A stretch of 64,000 nt of DNA, taken from Podarcis melisellensis. Taxonomy: Eukaryota. Shown piece by piece: positions 38,287 through 52,397 of this stretch; the stretch's first letter is position 1, and each line of letters opens with the position of its first letter. A program made the position numbers and the translations under genes. Where the stretch lies: NCBI GenBank assembly GCA_964234715.1, contig OZ174276.1; one strand, 5' to 3'. The notes beneath the pieces were generated by a model, which saw nothing but the letters and a program-made list of their open reading frames with translations, was not told the DNA's origin and ran no database searches.

Positions 38287-39816
38287 CTGGAAGCAGCAAA
38301 ATTCACACAAAGAGCTATATCTAAGGCTCAAACACTATAGTGATGCTGCCAGGTGCTGGTGGGGAAATCTGAACCTTTTGAAGTTCTCTCCATATTCAGC
38401 AACTGACACTTAGTCATGGCACCATCTCAAGCAGTTCCTGGGCCAGAGGTGAAGTTGCAGAGGTGCTGGACCCAGGCTCCAGCAGTGAACCTTGGCTCCC
38501 TGCATCATAATTCCCAGAGATAACATCCCTGGCCCCAGTCTTTCTGAAACACTGCTCCATAGTACCTGCTCCCTCATTCAGGCAATACATCAGACAGGAA
38601 TCAAGAAAGAAATGTTGGAGTGTTAAGTTTGAGACTACAAAACTACATCTTTAAAGCTTTCTACCCCTTGAGGTGGAGCCTAGGATGGATAGCTAAAACA
38701 AAGGGTTGGGAGCTTGGAGCCTCTAGGAACAAGCTGCCTGCACTCTCTGATCTGTCCAGGGTACTAAAGAACCTGTATCTAATTGCACCTCTTCTCTGGT
38801 CTGGCTTCTTGATACTGCATTGGAAATGCGGCTATTACCTATGCTACATAATCTCAAGCTGGTCCTGCTTCCTTACAACTCTTCAGTGAGTACAGCCTTA
38901 CCAGGACTGGACAGTTTATGAAGTAGTGTCCAAAATCAGAAGGTGAAGGGTTTCCAGGGAGATGACAGCTACAAGGTAAGCTGGTGGAAGGATTGCATAT
39001 TCCTTTACTTAGTGTCTGAGAGACTATTAACTCACAGCAAGTAAAACTCTTGAGTGTTCTGCATTATCTTCCCAAGCTTAATACAATGCTAGACAGTGAG
39101 ACACAACTGGTTAGACTCTACCATGTCACAAAACAATGGTGATGGAAGCATGGAGATACAGGAAGCTAGCTGAAACTCAACAAGAACAAACTGCATTCTT
39201 TCAATGAATAAAGCTTGTTAGACAAGTAGTAAATAAAACTCATTTTCACTTAGAACGTTACCACATGCCTAGTAAAGGGGGAACTCATTATTTAGAATAG
39301 CTTCATTACTCAGAACAGTGATTTTTGGCCTTTTGGTTCTGAAAAAGTAGTGGGGATAACTGCAGAGAGCAGATGTGGTTATGGAAACTAACAGAGAATG
39401 TTTCAGAGATTTGCAGACATTATTTTTTTCCTGGTCCTACCATGATGCAAACTGAGACAGGCACTTCAGAAATGACATTTGTGAGATCAAAGGGTAGCAA
39501 ATGATCTGTTTTTTAATTAAATATTTTATGGTGTGGAGTCACCACATGAATTTTCCATCTTGGGAATTAAAGGGTGAAATTCCACATTGCCTTATGATGA
39601 ACATTCAGTTTGTGCAAGCATTTCAGCTTGGCACATGGAATGATCCCCCCTCCCCCATGAACTGTTCTAGGGGTTCTCTGAACCTCCCCGGCAAGAGATA
39701 TGCAAGGAGAGGGGTGAAAACCCCATTGCACAAGCAGAATTTTTTTCACAGGGTTTCTGCTGATGGAGCTGGTTAGGTGAATCCCACCAAAATCCCATCA
39801 AAAAGTTTTTATTTTA

Positions 39817-40128
<312 letters not shown>

Positions 40129-40861
40129 CTACAGTGTGTCTCTGAAAAAACATAGCTCTCAACGAGTTAGGCCTAATTTCCAGTACCTGGATTAAATGAG
40201 TTTCTTCCTTATCCAAGATACCTTCTTGCCTGACCATGCATGTCTAATAGCTAGGATAAGAAGCCATCTGGTTTATTCTGTTGGGAGCTAAAATGTTGTT
40301 TAGTGAAAAGCAAGAGAAGACTGAATTACACTGTTGCAACCAGTTTAGCAAAAGAAATGTACTAGAAGAGAATCAAAGGGATATTCCACAATTGGTCAGG
40401 TAAGAAAAGATAGGATACTTGACCAGGGATGAAGTAAAAAGTCTGGGGCGAATATTTGGTTTCTGAGGGGCACTTGCCTGCACTTCAGATTGGTAGGGGT
40501 AAAGGTTGTAATGTCTGGCCCCAGAGGGGCCAGTGGAAATTTACTTCGGCCAATCTGGGGAGCAGCAGACCTGCAACGTGAAGTCACATAAAATCTTACA
40601 CAGATTGGCAAATCAATGACATTGTTACTTGTAGCTCATGCAGAAGCCCTAGGTGACCCTACTCCACTCTAATATAATCTGTAGTAGAGGAATAAGAAAG
40701 AATAAAAAAGCCCAGATCAACAATTATCCCCTGGACCATATTATCACACTGAGAAATCTCCACTTAGGGAATTATCATGATTCATCCGCAGTGACCTAAA
40801 TTATCATGATGATATTTTTGTCCATAATCTTTGCTCGTAACAGTCTAAATTTTCTGCCTAC

Positions 40862-40915
40862 CTTGTGAAAGAACACTGTCTCCAACAGGTTAATAATTGA
40901 AGCTTCATGACGTAG
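40862..40915 (-). CDS. ZMYND10: ZMYND10 coding exon 4
   Basis: LRHEASIINLLETVFFHK; 54 nt, phase 0/0. Confidence 0.96.
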
Positions 40916-41397
40916 CTGAGGTGGAAGAATAAAGCATAAATTATCAAAATGTTGTTTACTAGAGACATTAGTAATGTCAAAAAACAAGAGAATATGTTGT
41001 AAGAAATAGAATTCCACTTTTGTGGAACATAGTCTGTGGGACAAATGTCACATATCAGATTAAGATTTAAAAGATTTAATGTGTGTGTGTGTGTGGTGGT
41101 GGGGAAACCATCTTTAGAAACTGCAGTTGATTACACTGAACCTTGGCCTGTAGGATTGTTATGATCAGAACAGGGTATTACATACTGAAATAAAAACTGA
41201 TTTTCTGTATTCAGGATAACAGGTACTAAAGTGAGGTGCTACCATCTTGAAAGGGACAATTTGTTTTGATGTTTTGGAAGCTCTAGCTTTAACGAAATAA
41301 TTAGCTTTCTCAGAAATTTAGCTTAAAATTTATTGTACATTAACAGTACATATAATCTCCTAATAGTGATAATTCTGGGATGTGCCAGACTAATTTA

Positions 41398-41616
<219 letters not shown>

Positions 41617-41826
41617 CTAAACAGAAAAAATAATAATCAGGAATGAGTGAGATATGAGGTCTGTAAGGCCTGAATCAAACAAGAAAATTTCAGGGCTTGT
41701 GATATGTCTCTCTGATGTTCAAACAGCTTACTGCAGGCAGAATAAATTCTCTCACTTTACACACTGCTGTTCACAGGGCAGGTGACTATGAAAGAAGGTG
41801 CATACAGTCTTTCTTATGGAACACTG

Positions 41827-42021
41827 AAAGCCAGTGTGGTGTAGCAGTTAGAACTGCCCTGACATATATAAATCTATATAAATCTAATAAATAATAATAA
41901 TTAGTGTCGGACCAGGACCTGGCAGACCACAGTTCAAATCCCCACTCAGCCATGAAGCTCACTCGGTGATCTTGGGCCAGTCGTTCACTCTCAGCCTAAC
42001 CAACCTCACAGGGTTGTTGAA
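41827..42021 (+). mobile_element. Squam3-like CORE-SINE with short internal insertion
   Basis: gccagtgtggtgtagc...gttcaaatccccactcagccatgaagctcact...cagcctaacc...cacagggttgttg. Confidence 0.75.
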
Positions 42022-42053
42022 AACATATTACCTGGCACTATGTCCCATCTCAA

Positions 42054-42365
42054 GGGACATGGGTGGCGCTGTGGTCTAAACCACAGAGCCTAGGGCTTGC
42101 TGATCAGAAGGTTGGTGGTTCAAATCCCTGTGATGGGGTGAGCTCCTGTTGCTCTGTCCCTGCTCCTGCCAACCTAGCAGTTCGAAAGCACGTCAAAGTG
42201 CAAGTAGATAAATAGGTACCGCTCCGGCGAGAAGGTAAAAGGCGTTTCTGTGCCCTGCTCTGGTTCACCAGAAGTGGCTTAGTCATGCTGGCCACATGAT
42301 CCGCAAGCTGTACGCCAGAGTTGTCCGCAACTGGACCTAATGGTCAGGGGTCCCTTTACCTTTAA
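42054..42365 (+). mobile_element. Sauria (Squam1) SINE
   Basis: 11-bp TSD gtcccatctca (42042-42052 and 42366-42376); ctttaccttta tail. Confidence 0.92.
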
Positions 42366-43128
42366 GTCCCATCTCAGACTCAACAATTGGTTGTCTGCTC
42401 AGTTGTCAATGACTCATGACAGGACCTTGTCATTATTGGTTTCCCCATTTGTGGGGATGTCTCTCTCTCTATTGTTATTAACTTTCAGGAATAATTTGAA
42501 AACATTCCTATTTACCCAGGCATTTGCTTGCTGAAGAATATGATTCCAGGCAACCATAAGATCACTGAATGAACTAATGCTTTTAACTGTAATAGCTCTT
42601 AGAGCATTTTAAACCTGTAACTGCTCTTAGATAGTTTAACTGTAATTGGTTTTTTAAAAAGAATTTTTAGTTGTTTAGAATGTTTTTCATTTAAAATTGT
42701 TGATGTGTTTGCCTCCCTGGGCTCCTCTGGGAGAAAGGGCAGAATATAAATTCAATAATTAATTTGTTAAAAATCTCATTTAGGATTGTGGCCTTAGAGT
42801 GCATAGTCAAAATCATTAAATGCAGCTTGAGTTAGCTCCTAATACCATAACCACCATCATGTAGTCACAAAGAGTGCTGAAGAAGTAATTTTTTCTACCC
42901 TGTCAAGTAAGTTTGGAGAGAAAATATAATAATCATCATTTATGGTTGTGACCACGGTGGGGCTAGTAGTTACGTAATTTATGTGGGATATGTGTATAAA
43001 CTTGAGTAGCTCTTCAAGCAACCTTACATAAGTACTAAATAAAACAAAGTTCAACTTTGTTCACGGGAACATAGATTCTGTCAGATACCAGTGCTTCTCT
43101 TATTGGTCCACAGCTGAATGCATCATAC

Positions 43129-43237
43129 CTTGCCATTGTTCACCAGAAGCTCAGTAAGGAGTTGCTCATGCCCAGCAGAAGCACTCAGTATTGCCTGCAT
43201 GTTAAGCTTCTCAATGTGCTCATGTTGCCTTATCCAC
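43129..43237 (-). CDS. ZMYND10: ZMYND10 coding exon 2
   Basis: [36 protein letters not shown]. Confidence 0.96.
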
Positions 43238-43547
43238 CTAGGAGAGTAGGGTGAGAGTAGTTAGTTCCCATTTCTTCTCTGCAACCACCGCTAACAACAA
43301 TTTCTTCTGGCTATCAGCCACTCTTTTCACATTTTATTGCATTGGATTATACTTCACAAGTGTCTCTGATCTGATGACATCCCTAATTTGAAAATGCTGT
43401 TATCATCCAGTGTCCTTGAGAAGAATTAACTGCCTCTTATCCTTTCACTCCATTGCATCAGTCTTCAGCTGATGGGATAGCATGTACCTCCTCTCTTCTC
43501 CCCATCCCAACTTCAGGGCACTTCAGGGTGCAGTGGCAGTTCTACAT

Positions 43548-43752
43548 AGGCAGTGTGGCAGGGGGGTTACGGTGTTGAGAGAAGAGGGTTCAAATCCCCA
43601 CTCAGCCTTGAAGCTCACTGGGCAACCTCACCCTCTCTGTCAGCCTAACCTACCTTGCAGGGTTGTTGTGAGGGCTAAAGTGAGGTGGGGGATAAACATG
43701 TAGGCCACCTTGAGCTCCTTGGAGAGAAAAGGTGAAATGCAAATGCAATAAT
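43548..43752 (+). mobile_element. Squam3-like CORE-SINE
   Basis: Similar to the 41827 copy, with L2-like tail. Confidence 0.75.
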
Positions 43753-43795
43753 ATAGAGATAAATAATCTCTTGCTGCACACGTGGCTCCTGTGCC

Positions 43796-44236
43796 CAGGG
43801 CCGGATTTCGGTTTGATGAGGCCCTAAGCTACTGAAGGTAATGGGGCCCTGTATATGTCCAAAGCTATCCTTTGTCAACAACAAATTGTTGCTGTTTTTT
43901 GTGTTGAATATATGGTAATTAATGGACCTAATAGGTATCTGAAGCCTTTTGCACATGTTGGCATGCAATCAGTCCATGCAGAATGCGGGTACCCTAAATA
44001 AAGAAGTGAGCAAACCACTGATATTTTAGGGAGCAGGGCTAGCAGGCAGGGCCCATGACTTATATCACAGAAGCCAACACAACACAAAACACTGTTGCTG
44101 TATGTCGGTTTTATTTTATTTCTTTTTTTATCTTACATTTTGGAAATGTACATCCTGTGGGTTTTTTCCTTTAATTTTTTGGGGGGGCCCCCAAGAGAGT
44201 GGGACCCTGTTTAGCTTATACGTAAATGCGGCACTG
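43796..44236. mobile_element. hAT non-autonomous DNA transposon in ZMYND10 intron 1
   Basis: Ends cagggccggattt and aaatgcggcactg; perfect 8-bp TSD cctgtgcc. Confidence 0.88.
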
Positions 44237-44515
44237 CCTGTGCCATTATTTCCCCACCTTTGGCAGGATAGCAGGAGATAAGGGATCCTCACCTTTTTAA
44301 AAACAGCTGGGGCAGGCAGAAATCCTACAGGTGAAGCGAAGTGCGGTGGCTTTGCCTGTGAGATTCCTGCCTGCCATCCAGACACTCGTCCCCGCAAAGG
44401 GGCTCAGCCTCCCTGCTTCGGCCTGCTCGACTCTGAGGCTCCTTCCCCCAGCGAGGCGCTATTTCCTATCGCCCATGGACACCCCCTTCCCTCCGGCTCG
44501 GCCTCCTCCTCGTAC

Positions 44516-44613
44516 CCGTAGTTTCCGATATCTCGCAGCTGGAAGTTCCTTAGCGACTCCACCAACGCTTCGGTTTCGCCAGGCAGCAAGACGGTGGGAA
44601 GCGCCTCCTCCAT
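44516..44613 (-). CDS. ZMYND10: ZMYND10 (BLU, axonemal dynein assembly factor) coding exon 1
   Basis: MEEALPTVLLPGETEALVESLRNFQLRDIGNYG resembles human [22 protein letters not shown]; 12 exons sum to 1380 nt (459 aa) without frameshift. Confidence 0.93.
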
Positions 44614-44646
44614 CGCGGCTTCGAGGGAGACGCCAGGCCCCACGCG

Positions 44647-44660
44647 GTCACCATGGAAAC
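44647..44660. promoter_or_regulatory. RFX X-box in the ZMYND10 promoter
   Basis: GTCACCATGGAAAC is a near-palindromic X-box 34 bp upstream of the ATG of a motile-cilia gene, within a CpG island (about 44330-44920). Confidence 0.75.
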
Positions 44661-45053
44661 GAGCGCGGGCTGCCGCTGCAGCAGTAGCAACACCACCAGC
44701 GACCTCTAGTGGAGGGACTTGGCACTGCGGCCCACCGACATATCCCTGCTGCGGATCCAGAATGGGCCTCCGCAGTCACTTGCGGGCACACCGTTAAGAC
44801 CGCCGCGTTCATGGAAGACCATCTTAGTCGGCCACGAGTGATTAAGAGAAAGACAGACCTGGCATCTAACCCTCATGCCGTGGGAATGCAGTGCCGCAGA
44901 AGACAGAATCGGGATTCGATATGACCTCAACAGATTTCTATATGTATGATGATGATGATAATAATATTAATAATAATATTTATACCCCGCCTTACCCAGT
45001 TCAGAAAACCGGGCTCAGGGCAGCTAACAACAAATTTAAAACACTTAATTGAT

Positions 45054-45136
45054 CTAGTTGAGATTCCTGCATTGCAGGGGGTTGGACTAGATGACCACCT
45101 CCACAATTCCAACTCCACAATTCTATGATTTTATGA
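45054..45136 (+). mobile_element. CR1 LINE extreme 3' tail
   Basis: gttgagattcctgcattgcagggggttggactagatgacc...ttccaactc...attctatgatt, similar to 8280-8350. Confidence 0.7.
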
Positions 45137-45949
45137 AGTTTCCCCTAACTATTGGCCATGTTGGTTGGGGACTGTGGGAGTTAGGAGTCCAGCAACATTT
45201 GGAGGGCTGCATGTTCCCTTCCCTACTCCAGTGAGGAAACTATACACTGGACAGCATTGGACCTAGCCTAAGGAGACTACATTCAGATCCCCACTTGGCC
45301 ATGGCGCTTGATGTGTGATCATTATAAATCTTGCCAGAACTGAATCTGCCCTTCTCCACTCACACCTAAGTTGGGGAGCGAAGGCTAAACCTAATCCATC
45401 ACATGGACTTCTAGAAAGCAGGTGAGTAGTAGTAATAGCAGCACCAAGACTGAAAGTAAGGCTCTATTTAAAGTATAACTTAGATCCATAACCTTTTTCC
45501 TTTCTTAAATATCAGGGAAGGTAAATATGGGAGATAGTTAACAGAATGCCTAATTTATCAATCATTACCCACAACCATCTTAGAGTCATGGCGGTTGGGT
45601 TAAGAGAATTCAGTAAAAGGAATACACTGCTCCAATATCAAAATACATGTCATCTAATAAACACAGAGGCTTGGGATACACAAGTGGCAAATGATTTAAT
45701 AAGAAGGGTAATTAAATATTAAATTGGAGACACCCAAGTAACCAAACCATTTCTATTTCATTGCAAATGTCAAATCTTTGTGTCCGCTATCTATTGCTTC
45801 TACACTTAAATTCTTAATTGCACTGAAACATGATTTGGTTCTACATTAGCTTTATAAGATGCCGGTTGTTCCTCCTCATTACCAGTAATACACAGGAAAG
45901 ACTCAAAGCAATTGGGACAGGAACATGGGTAATGCAATTATCTTTCTGT

Positions 45950-45955
45950 TTTATT
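45950..45955 (-). terminator. Candidate NPRL2 polyadenylation signal AATAAA
   Basis: tttatt on + strand about 490 nt downstream of the NPRL2 stop. Confidence 0.45.
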
Positions 45956-46444
45956 TGTACAAGTCTGTTACAGAACTTTTTCCTTCAATACTTTACACAA
46001 GGAAAGGAATTATGTGATTTCTTGCTACTACAGGATAATACTGCCAGATTAATAACAACCAGCATTTCAGCCTTGTAAACACACATCCATAACACCATGG
46101 GTAGCAGGGAACAGGTTTACGCACTCCCCTGCCCCACTGCTCAACTTCATAGCATTGCAAAACTTGGTTTAATTATTATTTAAACGAAAATTGAACTCCC
46201 GAAACTTCTTGATATACACCTGTGTGTTTTGCCCAAATGTGATCTTCACTAAAACGTGTATCTTCACTAAACAATCCAAAGAAATCCAAGTCCATCCAGC
46301 TCACTTGTTCCAGGCACCAATGGTGCATCATGCCACACAATTTCTATGTTGCTTTTAATGATTTCTGAAGAAATCATGAGCAGTCCCAGGCAGCACAGTA
46401 GTAAACAGGACATGATGAATAATAGCCCCCCTTTTTTTGGAGAC

Positions 46445-46690
<246 letters not shown>

Positions 46691-47325
46691 TCAAGCCTGT
46701 TAGTAATAGCCTGCGGGAGGCTCTTAAGAGTCCAGTTCATTTACAACACAGCTATGGCAGCCTGATGAGGAATAGTAATTGGGCAAGATTTAGGGGCATT
46801 ACTATTTCATATGTGTATATGTATATACTGTGGGTATCCCTAATTCATTATTTTGGTACACTCTTTGGTGCACCTTGCTCCTTTCATAGTGGTGCAAAAT
46901 CTGAATTGGAGGCATGTTAAGCAACATGGTTCCAAGTTGTTCTAGCCCTCATTTGTCTGACCACAGGGAAGAACAAGGAGAGCCTGAATGATCCTTCTTC
47001 CAGATGCATGCTAAATAATTATTGTTCCTGTACCAGATTTGAGTGTGATTTTATTCTGAGAACCCCTTTTAAGCTGCACTGACAACCTCTCAGGGCTATA
47101 TAAGGACTCTAAGTAAATAAATAGTTCTAGGCATGTTGTGAAGCCATGCATTTCAACAGGCTTTTGCAGTGTAAGTTTTATCACTTGGGTGCTTTAGTCA
47201 CTTTTACTACTGCCTATTTCATTGCTATGTTATGTTGTTTTTTTATCCGATTTGCTGCTTGGTAGACTGTAAACTATGTGCAGTTTCACTGCTGGATGGA
47301 TAGGTGTAGACGGATAATTCCTTAC

Positions 47326-47468
47326 CTGTTTTACAGCAGATTTCATCATAGCTATGACAACCTGTGTACAGTCTGGCTGGATGACTTCTTTCATCCCGGG
47401 CTACTTTCACAGGATACTTCTGGAGCCGTCGAATAAGGCCCTTCATCAGGCCAAACTGGACAAGCTTC
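47326..47468 (-). CDS. NPRL2: NPRL2 coding exon 10
   Basis: [47 protein letters not shown]. Confidence 0.97.
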
Positions 47469-48212
47469 CTGAAAGAGAGAACTAAAACATTCAAAGAAAG
47501 GACATAGATTTATTACATAAATTAAAGTTCTTTATATAGCCAAAGTTTGTGTAAATGGCATGATGTCCAAAACATGAATTCTCTGGGGACTAAACAGGAG
47601 TGCTCTCTCACAGCTCTTTCACAATGAAGTTACTTGTGGTCAAAATTAGAATTAACAAAACTATTAAAGGGATATATAGCAGAAATGAAGAAAAAATAAT
47701 ATGCAGATGGTACAGTTCAAACTCTTAACAGAACTCATGGATTTGTGTCTAATAGGCAAACAAACCTGTTTGCTATTTAGGCATTAAAGTAACAGAGCAG
47801 ATGCAATATTTATATCAGAAAAAGTATTAAGCCCTATTTAAAGAATGTAAAACTTTGCTGTTAGGATGGCAAAAATTATATTTGTTCTTTTCAGGAACAA
47901 TCCCTATAATCTCTACAGGAGACCTAGAAAAGTCTCCTAGAATGAGTAAGTGGCTCATTCTGTCACTTGCTATACTGAGCATTACTTTTTGTAATTGGCA
48001 GAGTAAGCAGTGTTCCGATTATAGGGGAAAAGGTGAGAGCACTTAAGGTATTTCATGAGCCCTACCCTCTTGATTCTTTCCAGTTTTAGCTACATCATGG
48101 TCTCCTCTTTTAGCCATCTGAAAACAGTAGCTAAGTAGGGTACAGCAAGGTAGTATGACTTTAAGAGTCATTCCCATGCGTAAAAATAATATAAAACAAG
48201 CCACCCTCCAAC

Positions 48213-48330
48213 CTTTCATCCACTCTCTGGAGCTGTAGGGTGTAGCGGCAAATGAGGTCCCGTACAGTTGTGCCAGGGCTCAGCCCACAGTAGAGCTGGA
48301 AAATGTCTCTCAAACTGGCTCGCTTGTGAC
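48213..48330 (-). CDS. NPRL2: NPRL2 coding exon 9
   Basis: [40 protein letters not shown]. Confidence 0.97.
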
Positions 48331-48807
48331 CTATCCAAAAATAATACAAGAAAATGTATTGAAACATCTGGTGATCACACTTAAGTATATCCTAATTAAA
48401 TACACCCAGCTAAATGTATTTCAAATATCATTTGCAACTGGAGGACACTCATGATCAATGTATACCAATATATGACAAACAGCGTAACAGAAAATATGAA
48501 ATGTACTAAGTGAAGCCAAATAACTACAGGGGCTACAAATAACCCACAAAATATCCAGCCAGGACGGATGCAAATTCATAAATGCTGCCAAATGTAGTCC
48601 ATTGAACTGCCAGTGTTAACAATTAAATAGATCTATATAGCAGAACATCTCAGGAAGGGGCCTTGTTGTACAAATAAGTGTTTCTTTATGCTAAGGTGCC
48701 AGAAGTATATTAACAGAAGAAAGAGCTGGGATGCTGCTGGATGAGGATAACTACAAGATTGTGACTGATAACTCCAGACTACAGCAATCCTTATGCATCT
48801 TTCATAC

Positions 48808-48901
48808 CTGGTTTTGTGACATAAGAGAGGCATTCATCTTGAAGACATTTGTCATCCACCAGATCCTGGACTTTAGGTGTGGTACAATATACATTTGAGT
48901 A
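48808..48901 (-). CDS. NPRL2: NPRL2 coding exon 8
   Basis: [31 protein letters not shown]. Confidence 0.97.
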
Positions 48902-49109
48902 CTGAGGAAGAAAGTGAGAAATCTTAGTACACTTAAATTATTTCGGTTCCCATTGGAATTCATAGTGATTGCTTGACAAACCCATCCCATCAGTAGTACA
49001 CAGTGTCAAATAATGAATATGCCTGGGCTGAAGGATGTGAAAATTAAGGTTACTTAGGAAAATTGCAGAAAGCAAACAAGGGAAACTTTCTAATGCAGAA
49101 TAGGCTATA

Positions 49110-49321
49110 CAGTGGAACCTCTACTAACGACCCTAATCCGTTCCGGATGCCCATCCTTATGGCGAAATGGGTCACTGCGCTGTTGTGCGCAGGTGCGGGC
49201 AGCGATTGTCGCTTCTGCACATGCGTGAACAGTGGCAAACCCGACAGTTACTTCCGGGTTTGCCGTGGTCGCAACTTGGAACGTCTGCAAGTGGAGGCGG
49301 TTGTAAGTAGAGGTTCTACTG
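49110..49321. mobile_element. Tc1/mariner (Tigger-like) MITE
   Basis: TIR cagtggaacctctact/agtagaggttctactg, TA TSD; 65 bp from the NPRL2 exon 7 donor. Confidence 0.87.
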
Positions 49322-49386
49322 TATGTGCATTTATGTGCATTTAAAATCAACTCAATCATGTTGAGCCACTTACCCATTAAACTCAC

Positions 49387-49423
49387 CTGAAGTATGGAAA
49401 CTAGAGTCACTACTCCATAGTAT
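49387..49423 (-). CDS. NPRL2: NPRL2 coding exon 7 (37 nt)
   Basis: YYGVVTLVSILQ; CAG/GTGAGT boundaries. Confidence 0.95.
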
Positions 49424-49666
49424 CTGAAAAACATGATAGCCATTAGAAATAAACCCATACTAAAACTTCATGCACCAAAAGAGTGCAAAAGTATACAGTA
49501 GTGCAAATAATATATTTGATATAATTTCCATACAGATCCTATAGTAATACTGAAGACATTAGGACAGGGTAGACACGTAACATGCAAGAAAGGTGTTAGC
49601 TTTAGCTAACATAGTGTTAAGTGCATCTTGCAAAATTTCTGTAACCCTAAAAATAAACAACACTTA

Positions 49667-50113
49667 CTGTATATACTCGAGTATAAACCAACCCGAATAT
49701 AAGCCGAGGCACCTAATTTTACCACAAAAACTGGGAAAATTTATTGACTCGAGTATAAGCCGGTTCACCACACCACAAACCTCCTGGTGGGCCAGTGTGT
49801 GTGTGTGTGTGCGCGTGCGCATGCGCACACAGCAGAGGGGGCTTCTCTCTCCCCCCAGCCCCTCCCGTCCCCGTCTACCTAGGGTGCTGCCGAGAGGCAG
49901 AGGCTGGTGGCAGCAATGGTGGAGGAAGAACAAGCAGCCCGAAAGGGCTGCTTTTGGGCTGCTTGTTCCTCCTCTGCTGCCACTGACAGTGGCAAAGGTG
50001 GTGGAGGAGGAAGGAGCAGCCTGAAAGGACCCTCACTCAAGTATAAGCCGAGGGGGACTTTTTCAGCATAAAAAATGTGCTGAAAAAGTAGGCTTATACT
50101 CGAGTATATACAG
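49667..50113. mobile_element. Tc1/mariner (Tc2-like) MITE
   Basis: TIR ctgtatatactcgagtataa/ttatactcgagtatatacag, TA TSD; internal ctcgagtataagcc repeats. Confidence 0.88.
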
Positions 50114-50661
50114 TACTTTCTAAGACAGGTGCTGGGATTTCTGCTTGGCTGGCATTCACTATGCTTCTTGACATGAAAGACCAACCTCCCCAATCACAGA
50201 CAAGAGTGGGAAAGACAAGTAGTGACTTGCATGTGTGAAAAATATGTGTGAGACTCCAAAATATGTGTGACTCTAAATGCTGCACCCTAAAGGACATCAG
50301 TTCATTATTTAAAGTTAATTGACACCAGGAACAGGATTCTCCAAATTTCCACATTTTACACTTCATGCCTACATGTACACACACGTACACTCTCACTCTC
50401 TCTCTCTCTAACACGCTTCAAGTTTGGAGTAAAACATTTAGTGTCTAGTTTAGCTCTGAATCCAGGGTTTGTTTGTTTGCCTTTTTGCTTCAGATGATTG
50501 TGCTTGAATTGCAGACAAAGGAAAAGGTGATAGAGCAAAGAGAGAGCTAAAAGAAATGGAGGACAGGAAAACAACAGGGCTGAAATCTACTGAATCTAAA
50601 AATCCCAACTGGTTTGCAATCAAGCTAATGCCTTATTCTCCCTTTGGCACCTGGTACTTAC

Positions 50662-50759
50662 AAGAGATTCTGGACAGCAATTCGAACCAAATTGAGCTCC
50701 ACGTCTGCCTCAGCTGAGATTTTCTGAACATGCCGAAAACCATCAATGTATGGCAAGAT
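50662..50759 (-). CDS. NPRL2: NPRL2 coding exon 6
   Basis: [32 protein letters not shown]; acceptor is the less common AAG. Confidence 0.96.
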
Positions 50760-51366
50760 CTTGGAAGAGAGCATATGCATATAATGCAAGGCTAAGCAGA
50801 TGAACATGCACAATCACACTTTTCACACAACTAGGAAGACAAGGCTAGATCATCTCAGAATTGACATGAACGTAGAAGGCTCAAGTGACATCTGAACTCA
50901 AAAAATCTTCACTTTCAGTATCCAGGTCAGAACCAGGGAAAGCAGTAAGGTAACAGTATTAAACATGTGTGAACATTAAGTATTTAAGAATGTTTGCCTG
51001 CATCTCGTTACCCCTTTTCCTTTATAAACCAGCATTTCCCAAACTTTATTGACACCATGATGAGCTTATAAAGTTGTCATTGACCTCAACCCAAATTCTT
51101 AGGAATGTAAGTGAAATAGCAATATATAATCAACATTTATTAATCATGTCACCACTACTAGGAATCATAAAAAAACAAATCTCTGATTAAATACAGAGAT
51201 TCCTCACTGGCAAGGGAGGTGCACTCTGTACATGCCCTTTACTTCTGAATCTTAAGAATTCTTAATTATTCCCCTCCCCACTATACCTCAAACTTCTTTT
51301 TGACCCCTACGTCTTCATTCACCCCCTGCGCATCAACCATAGGGGTAATGCTGCTTTAAACTGACC

Positions 51367-51726
51367 AAAGGTAAAGATAAAGACCCCGACAGTTAAGTCC
51401 AGTCGCAGACAAATCTGGGGTTGCAAAACTCATCTTGCTTTACAGGCTGAGAGAGCTGGCGTTTGTCTGCAGACAGCTTTTTCCGGGTCATGTGGCCAGC
51501 ATAACTAAGTCGCTTCTGGTACAATGGAACACCAAAACCTGAGCAGTGCACGGAAACACTGTTTACCTTCCCGCCAGAGCAGTACCTATTTATCTACTTG
51601 CACTTTTTGGTGTGCAGGGACCAAGCAACGGAAGCTCACCCCATCGTGGGGATTTGAACCACCAACCTTCTGATCGGCAAGCCCAAGAGGCTCAGTGGTT
51701 TAGACCACAACGCCACCCACGTCCCC
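51367..51726 (-). mobile_element. Sauria (Squam1) SINE
   Basis: Reverse complement of the 31210/42054 family, with an internal deletion. Confidence 0.88.
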
Positions 51727-52260
51727 TTAGAGGACTTTTTCCTAAGGTGTACTATACGAGAGAAGTGCGTTCCTGTCTACCCTCCAGGCAAAATGACAAA
51801 AGGAAGCAATTATTAAAGTAGCAGTAACACAAACCCAACTATACAAGTACACTTCAGCAGTATTTGAAGTCATCTGTGACTAGTGTTTCAGATTCTACAA
51901 AGTTTTATACTGGAGGCTCCTCTCATTATTACCGTAAATTCTGGGGAATAATATTTTCATGTGTACCATTCAGTGCTCATTGAGAAAAATGAATCAGTAA
52001 GTATAAGAGTAACATGTTAAAGGGAAAGAAAAACAGGCACACCTTACAGAAACACATTTCTTCTCAGAAGACTTGCACAGGATCAGGCTGCCTAAAAATC
52101 ACATATTTCTTGTGATAATTTGCCAATTGACTTTAATGGCCAGCCTCTCTCACAAAATTCTATGGCCAGGCAAGGTTAATTAGCTGGGGGTGGGGGACTG
52201 TGAAGATGCCTTTGCTACCATCACACTATTGTATTAAACAAGACAATTGTGGATACCAAC

Positions 52261-52397
52261 CTGCTGAGTGGTGAGATCCCACTGGGAATTGAAGAAGTCA
52301 TCCTTATCTTGGGTGAAGACAGGAACGTCATATTCCTGCACAATGGGGGGATCTGGGCGTTGCTCAATCACTTTCAGGTGAATGGTGTTTGATTCAT
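52261..52397 (-). CDS. NPRL2: NPRL2 coding exon 5
   Basis: [46 protein letters not shown]. Confidence 0.97.
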
